A stretch of DNA of 63,686 bases, the filler included, from Octopus bimaculoides (lineage: Eukaryota): NCBI RefSeq assembly GCF_001194135.2. It is 7 parts of 7 records of this genome, joined end to end, with 100 filler letters (N's around TTAATTAATTAA, not from the genome) between each part and the next. Parts side by side here need not be neighbours in the genome. Positions count along the whole stretch, not along the records: positions 1 to 22,748 come from NC_068995.1; positions 22,849 to 29,773 come from NC_068994.1; 5 more parts are not named here. One strand, written 5' to 3'. Each line of letters starts with the position of its first letter. Position 1 is the stretch's first letter. The notes beneath the pieces were generated by a model, which saw only the letters and a program-made list of their open reading frames with translations, had not been told where the DNA came from and did not search any database. The position numbers and the translations under genes are program-made. Positions 12,403-23,769 of the stretch are shown piece by piece.

Positions 12403-15400
12403 AGGAATATTTGAGGGGACAGTAACTTTTATATATACTAGCCAATCTTTTTACACATATATTAATGTCGTATGTTATTTTCTATCTATGTACTAACATA
12501 AATTCATGCAAATACGCAAGAACACGTATAAACACACATACACGCACACTCAAGCACATGTCTATGTACACATTTGCACAGGCATATACAAATATATAGG
12601 AATAACACTTCGTACGTGATTCTTTCTTTATAATGCATCTACGCATGTAGATAGTGTATTTGAATGTTTTAATTCATATATAGTTATTTATATATTTGCT
12701 TCAGAAATCTGGATTTGAAATTTGTCGTCTGAGGAGAGCCAGCTCAATTCCTCTGATGTACACTTTATTCTGCATTAATTTCAATGTATAACTTCAGTTG
12801 AATAATGCATTTCACTTCATCGCACGATAGAATATTGTTATTGAATACCGAAGCGGGAATCTTAATGTCGCAATCGAGAGAAACGCGTCTCCGATAAAAT
12901 ATCGATGTTGAAAATAAAAACAAAAGATTTACTCATTAAAAGACACCCTCGGGAACATTTGCAGTGTCTGTAGCTTATTACGTACGTGTGCATGTACATA
13001 AGTATATATATATATATNNNNNNNNNNNNNNNNNNNNNNNNNNNNNNNNNNNNNNNNNNNNNNNNNNNNNNNNNNNNNNNNNNNNNNNNNNNNNNNNNNN
13101 NNNNNNNNNNNNNNNNNNNNNNNNNNNNNNNNNNNNNNNNNNNNNNNNNNNNNNNNNNNNNNNNNNNNNNNNNNNNNNNNNNNNNNNNNNNNNNNNNNNN
13201 NNNNNNNNNNNNNNNNNNNNNNNNNNNNNNNNNNNNNNNNNNNNNNNNNNNNNNNNNNNNNNNNNNNNNNNNNNNNNNNNNNNNNTATAATTTTGCGTGC
13301 ATGTATGTGTATATGCATAATTGCATGTACACATCCGTGCATACGTATTCACATGGAGACATACGAACATGCATACATACATGCTTATTTATTTGATTTT
13401 AGGAAAACGCTCCGTTTTTCCATACATGTATACGTTTAGTTTTTGAAATATTCTTTTAGACAAATGCATTCTTGTGAAACGCAGCAGGTGTTAGAAAGCT
13501 TCCATTTAATTAAAAGAAGAATTTCCATCAATTCGGAAATATGCAAAGAAATATCAAAAACAATAAACAAAGTAAAAAGAAAGGAAGAAGAGTTTTAATT
13601 TATAAACGACATATGTATTTGATGCAATGACATGTCTAACTAATTGTACGTGGGTCTGTCAATGTCCTGAATATATAAACTCCATTTGATGACTACATTT
13701 AACTAAAAATATAATGTAGTAAGCCTGGATATTACATCATTCAACAGTCAATAACTTATTTATTTTTGAGTACTTTCAGCTTTTAAATAGCAATAAAATA
13801 TCGGGAAATGTTTCTCAGGACTTCTTCCTAATGATCTTCTTGTTGGCACAGTAGTGTTTCTTTATAGGTTGTATATTTGTGTGCCTTATTACAGACCACT
13901 TTACTCAAAAGCATATCAATTACACTGGTTAAACATGGTAACAACTTCTGTCACCGTCACGTATTTATTGGGACAAACACATGTTAAGAATCTATTTACC
14001 AACTAAAATATATAAATACATATTATGAGACTTGACTTTAACATATCTAAATTTGTGTCTATGCTCTCTAGCATTGACGTGGGCAATAGATCACACACGC
14101 TATCGTTTTAAACATTCATATATCTTTATGTGGCAAATGTAGATACTATATCCTGCAGCTCGAACTTCAAGAATGTATTCTTGAAAGCCATTGAGGTTGA
14201 ATGGGATAAATGGTAGAGGCTTTGGATATTGTGTTAACTTTTGTGGGGTCACATTAAGCACACACTTCCTGTGACGCTTAATTTAGTTGTCCCAATGATA
14301 TTTAAATGCTCCGTAAAATCTCTTGTCTCTTAATGTTTATGATCAAGGCACTACGTATATTTCATTTGGGTAAAATTTGTCGCTAGTTTTCTGTAAGTAA
14401 CCATGTAATTAAGCTGAATGCACTTTTTAAAAACCAACGCGTATCCCAGGAGAAGACCTATTCGGAAAGGATGGTGATAGTACGCCAATTAAATGAGTTA
14501 TTATTAACAGCAAAATACGGGTGATGAGAGAATCCTTACAGCGATGGAGAAATTACTTTGGGATATTTATTCTAATCCTTTATGGCAATATCTGAAATCC
14601 TATCTACCAGTCCTCTCCACTTGTACCTATGCAAGAACAATATATGGCAGTATAACGTTACTGAAAATATTAAGTAAGTGATAAAAAATGTCTGTATATA
14701 TTATTTTACACATTTTTCTTTTCTTCATTGACATAAAGAAATAAAAACAATAAAATATTTCAAAAATGAAACTTGTAAACAATAATGTATTTTAAAAAAC
14801 GAAAACTAGATAACAATAAACAACATACTTGAAGAGACTCTCCTGGTATATTTCCAGAGTATAATGTTTTTTCTCCAATATAAATATAAACAATTTTGTA
14901 AAGAAATCTTAGTAATAGATTTAAAAAGGTCATTGAGCATAAGTACTAGCACTCTTTACGACATTAAGAAACCTGAATAAAAATTATATATATATATATA
15001 ACGATGATGATGTAGTAAAAGGTTATGGTATGTTAGACGAGACACACTTTAAAACTTTGTTTTTTTGTTTTTTTTTCGGAAGTATATGTTCTGCTATTCA
15101 GATAAAATAGCTAAATGTATTGTAGATATCCGATATAATTACAGAAAATATGAAATTGAAGTGATGATTGCGAATCTTATAACTATTTATCGTTATGATC
15201 ATTATTTTATAATCCAGTTATATATAGAATTATTTGTTTACTTACACAAACTACTTAAACACTGTATCTCTGTCAGAAATTTTATTACGTTGGCTTCGTC
15301 TCTATTTACAGAAAGATGATATAATCCCACGTGGGTTAACTACATTCTACCCCAACTTATTATATTCAGCTATTCAAGATTTGATAGGAGTCTTTTCATT

Positions 15401-16224
15401 TTGAGTGTAGTCTTTTCAAGTTTTAGCATTTTATGTGCATGTTTAAACCCATATCACCATTCATCTACCATCTTTCCTTTAATATAAACGCAGCAATAAC
15501 ATTGTCATTATAATTTGTGTAGTTTCTCTATGTTTTCTAAAAAAACAGTAGTGTGTCATATGATGATGGAGTAAAGTGGCTTTTAATACTAGCAGGTCTA
15601 GCAATGCAACAGGATGTCGACTTTTGCCTTGGCTGTTATGATTAATATAATCTTCTAAAATAATAGGCAACATGATATGGGAAATAAAAGGTCCTCAAAT
15701 AGAATTTCAAGCATTAATTGTGTACACTTGACAGTAAGTAACTTGTGAGAAGGTAGATAGAAATCTATATAGTTGGAGAATTGCTACATTATATATATAT
15801 ATATATATTAAATCACAGTCGTTTTTGAAAGATGACCAACCGTCGCATATTCCAAGATAATTTGACAAAATTAAGCAAAATTTAATATAATATAATTTAT
15901 AACAATTGCAATCTCACCGTTCTGAATAATTTTATCTGTATTATCATATCGTTTAGGTAGATAATTTAGGTATTTTTCTCTTGTAAAAAATATACATAAA
16001 AAGCGAAATAAAAACAACAAAAAAGCAGTGAAGAAAAAGACATTGCTACTTAAAAATACAAGTCACGAAGATACATAATAAACAACAAACGTTGAATATA
16101 TACTAGACAACTCTGCGTAGAACAGGAGACGTGATATTATCATCGTATTAGACAATAGTAGAAACAAACATTCAAATAGCCAAGAATTTAGAAACAATTA
16201 GTTACAAGAATTATGCAATGCGAA

Positions 16225-16758
16225 AACATTTCCAGAGTAAAGAGAAGAGTTCACGTAACTTGTTCAGCAGGAAACTGCTACCACATTTATATATATTTCG
16301 TCTGGTATGCCATCATTCCCATACGACTTTCTATTCTTGAGCTGTTTTACGGTTTTTCTTTATTTCAACAATTGATGGAACGACTGTCAGTTCTTCGTGG
16401 ACAGGCCTTTATGGTAGGCTGATGATCAGTTCTTCATCAGCAAGTGAGTCCATATTCAAAACATCTGAAATGAACTCTGCCCAGCGCTTCGTGATCTATT
16501 TATATGTCAGAAGGCTACCCTCAGTTGAAAGTATGAGAGTTGAGCCAAAAGACACAGGTCCAAAAACATTCGTTAAATTCTGGTAAAATGACCTGGAGTC
16601 ACATCTGTCCGTAGCATCTTGCAATTCTCGTGCCTTCCTTTGCCACCATATCTCTTTCATTTGCCTTAGTTTCGATTGGCATGTATTTCTGGCTCTTTTA
16701 TACTGATTGTGTTTTGTGGCATTATTTCTCTTTGACATCCATTGACTGTGGCATGATA
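16225..16758 (-). mobile_element. RTE-clade LINE relic, inverted 5' segment
   Basis: YKRARNTCQSKLRQMKEIWWQRKARELQ..RSFYQNL..VFGP..KRWAEF..LN..GNDGIPDEIYKCG..LRELFSLLW (pre-RT and RT domain 0 of RTE). Confidence 0.85.
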
Positions 16759-17748
16759 GATTATTGTGCACTTGTAACACACACTCATGAGAACAGTCAA
16801 CGGATTCTAAACAACATCACGAGTACATCGAAGACTTTTAGTCTGACTTTCAGTATCAAGAAAACTGAGCTTGTCCATCACCCCATTCATGTCTATCTTC
16901 CCGATGGAAAAGCTTTTGAAACTGTTTTCTCCTTCACTAAGACTTGGTTCCATTGTGTCAAATAATGCGAAGATAAAGAAATCGAGTCCAGAATCGGGAA
17001 GTTTATCTCTGCTTTCGGTAAGCTTTATCACAGGTTATGGAACGAACACGACGTCGTATTGTTGAGGGTGAAAATTAATGTATATAAGTCGGTAGTCTTG
17101 ATAACATTGTTTTATGGTGCTGAATCTTGGACTTTGTACCGAAAGCACATCAATGAGCTTGGCGATTTGCATATACGTTGCTTGCATACTATCGCCACCA
17201 TAAAACCGGGTCACCGTATTCATTACAGTGAGCTGCTTACAAAATGCAACATATCAGGTATTGAAACCATCCTCATGAAAATACAGCTTCGATAGTCAGA
17301 TCATTCCTCAAGTATGAGTGGTATCGGAATTTCCGAAGCGACTTCTATTTGACCAATTCCCAACTGGAAGGCCGTTCTTGCGCTTCAAAAACAAACTAAA
17401 AGACAATTTGAAACTTTGCAACATTCCCTTGTTTTCCTGGGAAAACAAAGCATCAGAACGCACGGCTTGTCCCCAGTCCTGTCACTCGTCAGTTCAAAAG
17501 TTTGAGCAATATCAACTTCAAAGCAGGGACCAACTTCGTGCAAGTATGAAGGGACCCTGGCACAATAGAAACCTTAACTGTTATTGTGGTTTTATGGAGC
17601 AAAGCAAAGCCGGCGTAGCTGTCCACTCAATAAAATACATAGTAAATAATCCACCAGCACGCACGAAAACTTAGTTCTCAACTTGTACCATTTGCCAAAA
17701 GGTTTGCAAGACAACGACAGACCTCAGGAGAAACATATGTGTCCATAA
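16759..17748 (+). mobile_element. RTE-clade LINE relic, 3' segment
   Basis: DYCALVTHT..FSLTFSIKKTE..KINVYKSVVLITLFYGAESWTLYRKHI..QLR..PKRLLF..GRPFLRFKNKLK; frameshifts and stops. Confidence 0.9.
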
Positions 17749-18680
17749 ANNNNNNNNNNNNNNNNNNNNNNNNNNNNNNNNNNNNNNNNNNNNNNNNNNN
17801 NNNNNNNNNNNNNNNNNNNNNNNNNNNNNNNNNNNNNNNNNNNNNNNNNNNNNNNNNNNNNNNNNNNNNNNNNNNNNNNNNNNNNNNNNNNNNNNNNNNN
17901 NNNNNNNNNNNNNNNNNNNNNNNNNNNNNNNNNNNNNNNNNNNNNNNNNNNNNNNNNNNNNTATATTGAGGATTGAATATAGTTTTCTAACAATAATATA
18001 AATGGAACTTATATGTGACTGAAGGAAAACGATAACAACTCGAAAGAGAAAAAACGAATAGCAGTATCGTACACCAAACTGTTCTGCACGTTAAAATACT
18101 CAGGAAATACAATTTTATATTTAACAGAATTAAAGAACGCTGCTACGTAGTACTGTCGAGAATGTCTTCAAACTGACATATAAATACTTATAGTATGCAT
18201 TGAATAACGAAAAGAAATACTGAAATAGTCTTAGTATAAATAACTGGAGTTATGATTATATTAAGAACGTACGATGGAAACAAATATTTTGAAAGCAATG
18301 CTACAAGAAAAATGTAAGGAAATTTACAATTCATAGACATACATATTGTGCAGCAAATAACACTTCAAGGTAATGGATATATGAGTATTTGAAATACACA
18401 GATAATATTCAAATTTCTACTATGAAAATTACTCTTAAAGATGATACTCGGAGTCGCGAAGGGTTATGATGTGAAATCACATTAATATGTTGTTAACACC
18501 ACAACACCATCACCACAAAAACAGACCACAACTACACCCCATACCATACAGCACACTACAACCGGTGCCTCCAAAGCACAACGACTTCTACCACTCCACT
18601 GCTACGACTCCTAACTTTACCAGCACTGCTACGACTGCTGATAAATTAATACAACTGACAATAAGAAAAAATAATCCGTT

Positions 18681-18860
18681 CTATTATAGGCAGAGGTCAG
18701 CAACTTTAGAGAAGGGGCTGCCGGATCTCTTAACCCCCGGTGCTCAAGTGATAATGGTTTTATCGAATCCGAAAAGATGAAGGTGAAAATTGATCTCGGT
18801 GGAATTTGAACACAGAACGTAAAGACGGACGAAATGCCGGCTCACTACGTCAGAAATGAT
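18681..18860 (-). mobile_element. tRNA-derived SINE (family A)
   Basis: Reverse complement matches 63441-63646 (CATTTCGTCCGTCTTTACGTTCTG.GTTCAAATTCC). Confidence 0.8.
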
Positions 18861-18884
18861 AGCTACAACAACAACAACGATAAT

Positions 18885-19130
18885 GCGCGACAAAAATATG
18901 GAGACTAGAGAATTGAAATCGCTAAGATGTGGCATCTACGAGAGTCAAACCTAAAGGTTATCTCTATCGTCGTCGGAGCATTGGGTTCAATACCACTTAA
19001 TCTGAAAAGAAAATCATCTGGAAACATTAGAAATAACTACAATCTAGGTGCATTGAAAAAGACGGCATTACTTGGAACTGCACGGCATTGCGTAAAGTAC
19101 TATCTGTCGGAGGTCTTTGTTGTGTCTTGG
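18885..19130 (+). mobile_element. Dong/R4-like LINE 3' fragment
   Basis: QKYGD*RIEIAKMWHL..KVISIVVGALGSIP..LKKTALLGTA..LRKVLS. Confidence 0.85.
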
Positions 19131-19199
19131 CCGACCGTACAAACCACGGTAGACGCAATATCTTCAATCAACAACCTCACGATATTGTATACTAAGCGA

Positions 19200-19600
19200 T
19201 GTTGTCAAAGATCATGAAGAAAAAAAATGCTTTCTAATTGATGTATCAATACCAGCAGATGACAACGTTTCTCTAAAAGAAATGGAAAAACTTTCAAAAT
19301 ACAAAGACCTGGAAATAGAGATAACTCGAATGTGGAATCTAAAAACAGAAACAATTCCTATCATAGTAGGTGCCTTAGGTATAATAAAAAAATATTCAGA
19401 CAAATACATAACAAAAATAGCAGGACTTACAAATATATATAACATACAGAAAATTGCACTACTGGGTACTGCACACATTCTACGCAAAACACTTTCAATA
19501 CAGTAAACATAAGAGCACCACAGCAAACCACAGCACATACCCAAGGCGCACAGAGCTGCGCTCGGTAGTGAAGTGAAAGCACGTTATAAAAATAAAACTA

Positions 19601-19666
<66 letters not shown>
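19200..19666 (+). mobile_element. Young 5'-truncated Dong/R4-like LINE: uninterrupted endonuclease C-terminus, 3' UTR and (AAT)n tail
   Basis: Open frame VVKDHEEKKCFLIDVSIPADDNVSLKEMEKLSKYKDLEIEITRMWNLKTETIPIIVGALG..QKIALLGTAHILRKTLSIQ* ending at 19506; (AAT)n at about 19604-19666. Confidence 0.92.
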
Positions 19667-19669
<3 letters not shown>

Positions 19670-19689
19670 AATAATTTTCAGTTCCTCAA

Positions 19690-19770
19690 GGAACTGAACA
19701 TTATTTAAGAATGATCAAAAAAGGAACTGAAAATTATTTTAAAATGATCAAAAAAGGAACTGAAAATAAG
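19690..19770. repeat. 33-bp tandem repeat, about 2.4 copies
   Basis: GGAACTGAA starts at 19690, 19723 and 19756. Confidence 0.9.
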
Positions 19771-21575
19771 AGATATATGCATAGTGCACAAAGGTGAAAA
19801 ATAGTGGTGGAGAGGATGATAGAGATGTGGTCCTCCTTTTACAGAAAAGCGTCTAGGGATAATCGAGGAACCCCGCATTCCGAGATTTCCCTGTAACCCT
19901 AGGTACAAGTGCTCTCTCCAATTCCTTCTCTACAACTCACTTGAAGAGATACCATCCACTGTTGCCATTTTTGTAACTTTCACCCACCTTTCAGTAAATT
20001 CACACGAGGATAGCACTTCCCTCTCCACTCTGAATGTCTTTTTCAAATGAAACTTGAAGTCAATGAGAGCTCTACCAGAGGAGTGTATCTGTCCTCTGCG
20101 TTTCAGCCTTGTCCTCCAGACGACCTCTTTCGCCACAGCCACCAGGCAAAGGAAAACTACCTCGCGGCCCGATTGAAGGAGGGCGGGGGTGCGATCATCG
20201 CTACAGACTCGGCCGACAGACGGAACCGTCCCACATATGACAGCATCTTTTCAAATTAAACCCACAATTCAGCAATACCCAGACACTGAACAAGTGCGTG
20301 CAGATCGGTTTCTTCACTATGCGTGCACTTCTATACCTGTAGAGTGTATCTCCAACAGGTAGAGCCCCCACCCAGTAACACTGCCAAACCAAGGACAACT
20401 GGAAATTATCCATGATAGTTCCCGACCGGAAAGTCTTCCGGAACAGACTAGCTACTTCCTTCTCCTAGGCGCCCAGAGTCTCCTCGGAAACGTCGCCGCA
20501 CTTCCCTGCCACTAATCCTGTATAAATTTCTAAAGTGGAACATCCACCGATCCCATTGTCCGACTAGCAGAGGGTTGTGAGTGCCTAACGACATTCTAGA
20601 TACCAGGTACCCAGTCTCCATACTTTGTTCTACCAGGACTGTAGCTCCGTCAAGGAGAGGAACTCCGGAAAGACGATCCTCACAAACGGCGTCCACACAC
20701 GCTCACCGTCCAGAAATCGTTGCAGGTGGCGTAACCTAAGAGCATGTGTGCGAATTAGGAGCCACGGCATACCCAGTCCGTCGCTCAAAGGATGCTGGCA
20801 ACAAACTGAGCACCCTACCATCGGAACGCGTCCCTCTTCAACAAGAATTTGAATAAGAGACACCCCAGCCTGGTCAAGTAGTAACCGGGACAAGGTACGA
20901 CGGTCAGGCGATAAATGATAATTGAGGTGATATGAGCATTCATCACCTCTGCCCGAACTTTCAGGGACAGGTTTCTTTCAGCCCCTTTCTGGGTAAGATT
21001 GGCCATCCTGTTCTCCACCACGTCCCAGTTTTTATCAACCTGGAGGTCGGGACCAAATCAGACGCCGAGCACTTTAACTGGTTCGTCGGTCCAGCATCCG
21101 ACGACGCCGTTCGATGGCATCATCCTGCCTCTCTAGGAGCCCGACTGCAAACCCACAGATTTAACGTCGTTGATTTTAGCTCCTGCAACCGTTTCACATT
21201 CCTTATCCCAGATCGAAAGGGATGCCTCTTAGCTGTTCTAACTTTCGCAACAGTGACACGAGTGCAATTATGCATAGAAGAGGCGACAGCAGGCAGCCCT
21301 GACAGACCGAGCGTGCGATGCCAAACGGCTCCGATAAGTGGCTATTTATTTTCACCACTGAACAGCTGCCGCTGTGCATTGCAGCGATCCAGCTTCTGAA
21401 AACCGGTTCGAAACCACCTGCTTTGAGAACGGCTTCCAAGTAGCGATGGTCAACAGCATCGAATGCTTTTGTTTCATCCAAATTCATCAGAGCACCCACG
21501 AAGTCAGCTGTGGTCGCTACTCTCGCTATGATGTATATACCTGCTCGGGATTTCCGCTTCTCCGTCCAGGCTACC
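19758..21575 (-). mobile_element. L1/Tx1-like LINE relic (RT, C-terminal Cys-rich region, 3' UTR)
   Basis: ALMNLDETKAFDAVDHRYL..RSVCQGCLLSPLL..NLSLKVRAEV..GLGMPWL..ALPVGDTLYR; multiple frameshifts; the 3' UTR is homologous to 60585-60694. Confidence 0.88.
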
Positions 21576-21576
21576 G

Positions 21577-21890
21577 AATTTCAAAATACAAAGATCTGGA
21601 AATAAATGTAACTGGAATGTGGAGCCTTAAAGCAGAAACAATTCTTAAAATGGTACGCGCATTAGGTATGATAAAGAAAAAAAACATTCAGACACATACA
21701 TAATACAAAGACTAGAATTTTCAAGTATATACAACATTCAGAAAGTAGCACAAGTAGGCACCACACATCCTACTTAAAACGCTATCAATACAAAGGAAGT
21801 AAGAGCACCACAACGAACCACAGTACATAGCCAGGTCACATAGAGCTGCCCTCCGTAGTGCAATAAAAGACATGCTCTGATGCAGTACCA
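21577..21890 (+). mobile_element. Dong/R4-like LINE 3' fragment, older copy of the 19200 family
   Basis: ISKYKDLEINVTGMWSLKAETI..ALGMIKK; the UTR AAGAGCACCACA.C.AACCACAG.ACATA matches 19511-19545. Confidence 0.85.
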
Positions 21891-21919
21891 GGCAGTAGCA
21901 AATGCCCTGATGTAGTACC

Positions 21920-22447
21920 AGGTAGTGGTCCTTATGTCTTCTGATCGTAACTGATTGGAAGTGTTATCATGTACATTATTTTGTCTCGGTATAAAAGATG
22001 GGCTACAGCAAATACTCTGCTCAATACCACAGATTTGCCTATCAGTTGTTTGACCATAAATAGTTGAGCATGTCACGTAGTGGCTGACGTTATGTTCATC
22101 TCTGATCACGAGCAGAAGTAGTAGGGGAGTAAAATAGTCACGTGCTGAGAGGAATTATTTGGGGTTTGTACAATTAATCTCTGGAAACATGGGTGTTTCG
22201 CTCATCGTCCTTAAAACAAAACATATTTAGGGACCTTTTAAGTGGGATGGGCTACTCGACCTGACGGAAATTCTAACTGCAATGTCATGTGCTGTTTATC
22301 TTGATGTGAGATCACCATGCCACGCACATATGGTTGTGATGCATGTGCTTGCTGTACCCCTATCGGACAGTTAAACATGATGGGTATACTGGGCGTCGTA
22401 TATTTTACCCCAGTGTCATTTTGATGTCATGCACTGCTCTCTCACTC

Positions 22448-22513
<66 letters not shown>
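21920..22513 (+). mobile_element. Retroposon 3' end terminating in CTCTCACTC(AAT)22
   Basis: Non-coding, moderately GC-rich block ending directly in an (AAT)n tail at 22448-22513; family assignment is inferred. Confidence 0.55.
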
Positions 22514-22517
<4 letters not shown>

Positions 22518-22748
22518 TCGTTTTATTGGCTACAAGGGCTAATATCAATTAAAAACATATAAGGACAAAGACAGGACGAAGGTTTTGTCCGAAAAGGTAG
22601 GAAAGTTCGTATAAACAGAGGAAGAAAACGGAGAAAGATATAATAAATAAATAGATAAATAAATAGATAAATAAATAAGTAGAACTCCCAAAGGGGGAGG
22701 CGCTTCGAAAAAGGAAAGGTTACACGTGGAAAAACTCATAAAACCACG
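22514..22748 (-). mobile_element. Retroposon 3' end (possibly L1/Tx1-like) with AATAAA followed by (TTA)n
   Basis: Minus strand reads CCTTGTAGCC-AATAAA-ACGAAT-(TTA)n; truncated by the linker. Confidence 0.5.
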
Positions 22749-22848
22749 NNNNNNNNNNNNNNNNNNNNNNNNNNNNNNNNNNNNNNNNNNNNTTAATTAA
22801 TTAANNNNNNNNNNNNNNNNNNNNNNNNNNNNNNNNNNNNNNNNNNNN
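22749..22848. other. Artificial 100-nt assembly linker (44N-TTAATTAATTAA-44N)
   Basis: Identical structure at six sites; stops in all six frames. Confidence 0.95.
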
Positions 22849-22864
22849 TATATATATATATATA

Positions 22865-23040
22865 TATATATATATGACTGACTTCCACACAATTTCGATC
22901 AACTAGATTCAATCATAAGGCATTGGTCAGCTGGGGACTATAGTAGAAGACACTTGTTCAAAGTGCCGCACTATGGAACTGAACACGAAACCACGTGGTT
23001 GCGATGTGAGTTTCTTAAAAACACCGCTATGTCTGCACCG
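22865..23040 (-). mobile_element. SINE family C, 5' part
   Basis: Homology to the other family C copies. Confidence 0.7.
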
Positions 23041-23769
23041 GTGCTAGTAATAAATGATAAATAATTTTACAAATTCAAACAAAAGAGGAATAGTACAAAC
23101 GAAAGTTGTAGAATATTACAAAGATACTCCCTTTTCGTCTCCTTTTCAGATGAGTAATAACTCATGTAATTAATACATTAAGCCAGGCGAAATAAGGATA
23201 CATGTACTGCAGAACGAAAACTATCTTGTGTATACGATGAATAAATGAAGTAGAAATAATACAGCACTTTCAATTGTTAAAGGACATGTTTGGAAAAAGT
23301 AGTCCAGACGCAATTAGATTATTACTTAAACTGAGCTAAATGTCAAACATGAAGAGATATGTATGAATCATATGGATTTTCCAGTAATAAGTTAGAGTTA
23401 TAACTAGCGGTTAACAGAACTAGTGGTTAAGTGAATTGACATGACTGGATTAGTAAACAAGGAAAACAATACAAATTAATACAAAACAGGAATAAGAGAA
23501 CTAGCTTCCGTATCCAGAGACTTGAAAAATATGATATATAAAGCAGAAGCTGAAGTCACAGGCAGCGGTGCAGAGAAAAGAAAAACAACAAAAACTTATA
23601 AAGATATAGACACTAAATTGAATATTGAATTATAAAATGTCATGTTGAGACAAAACACTAAATTAGCAACACACACAGTTAGGTAAAACAATAGGAAAGA
23701 CTAAGTAAAGATAAGGCCAAGTGGAAGTGGATAAAGCAACAATTCAATACTGATACATGAAGCAAGGGA

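Noticed and set aside
14511-14673. Candidate 163-nt host exon (TTAACAG acceptor, GTAAGT donor, one open frame QNTGDERILTAMEKLLWDIYS..)
   Set aside because: With a 1-nt shift it reads TGDERILQRWRNYF, like the RTE IL.RW.EYF motif. No partner exons or recognisable protein were found. RNA-seq could revive it.
19690-19770. CRISPR-like repeats (also 48120-48164)
   Set aside because: Head-to-tail units without unique spacers, in a eukaryotic context with no cas genes.
22793-22804. TTAATTAATTAA palindrome as a recurrent biological site
   Set aside because: Always centred in exactly 44+44 N; an assembly linker.
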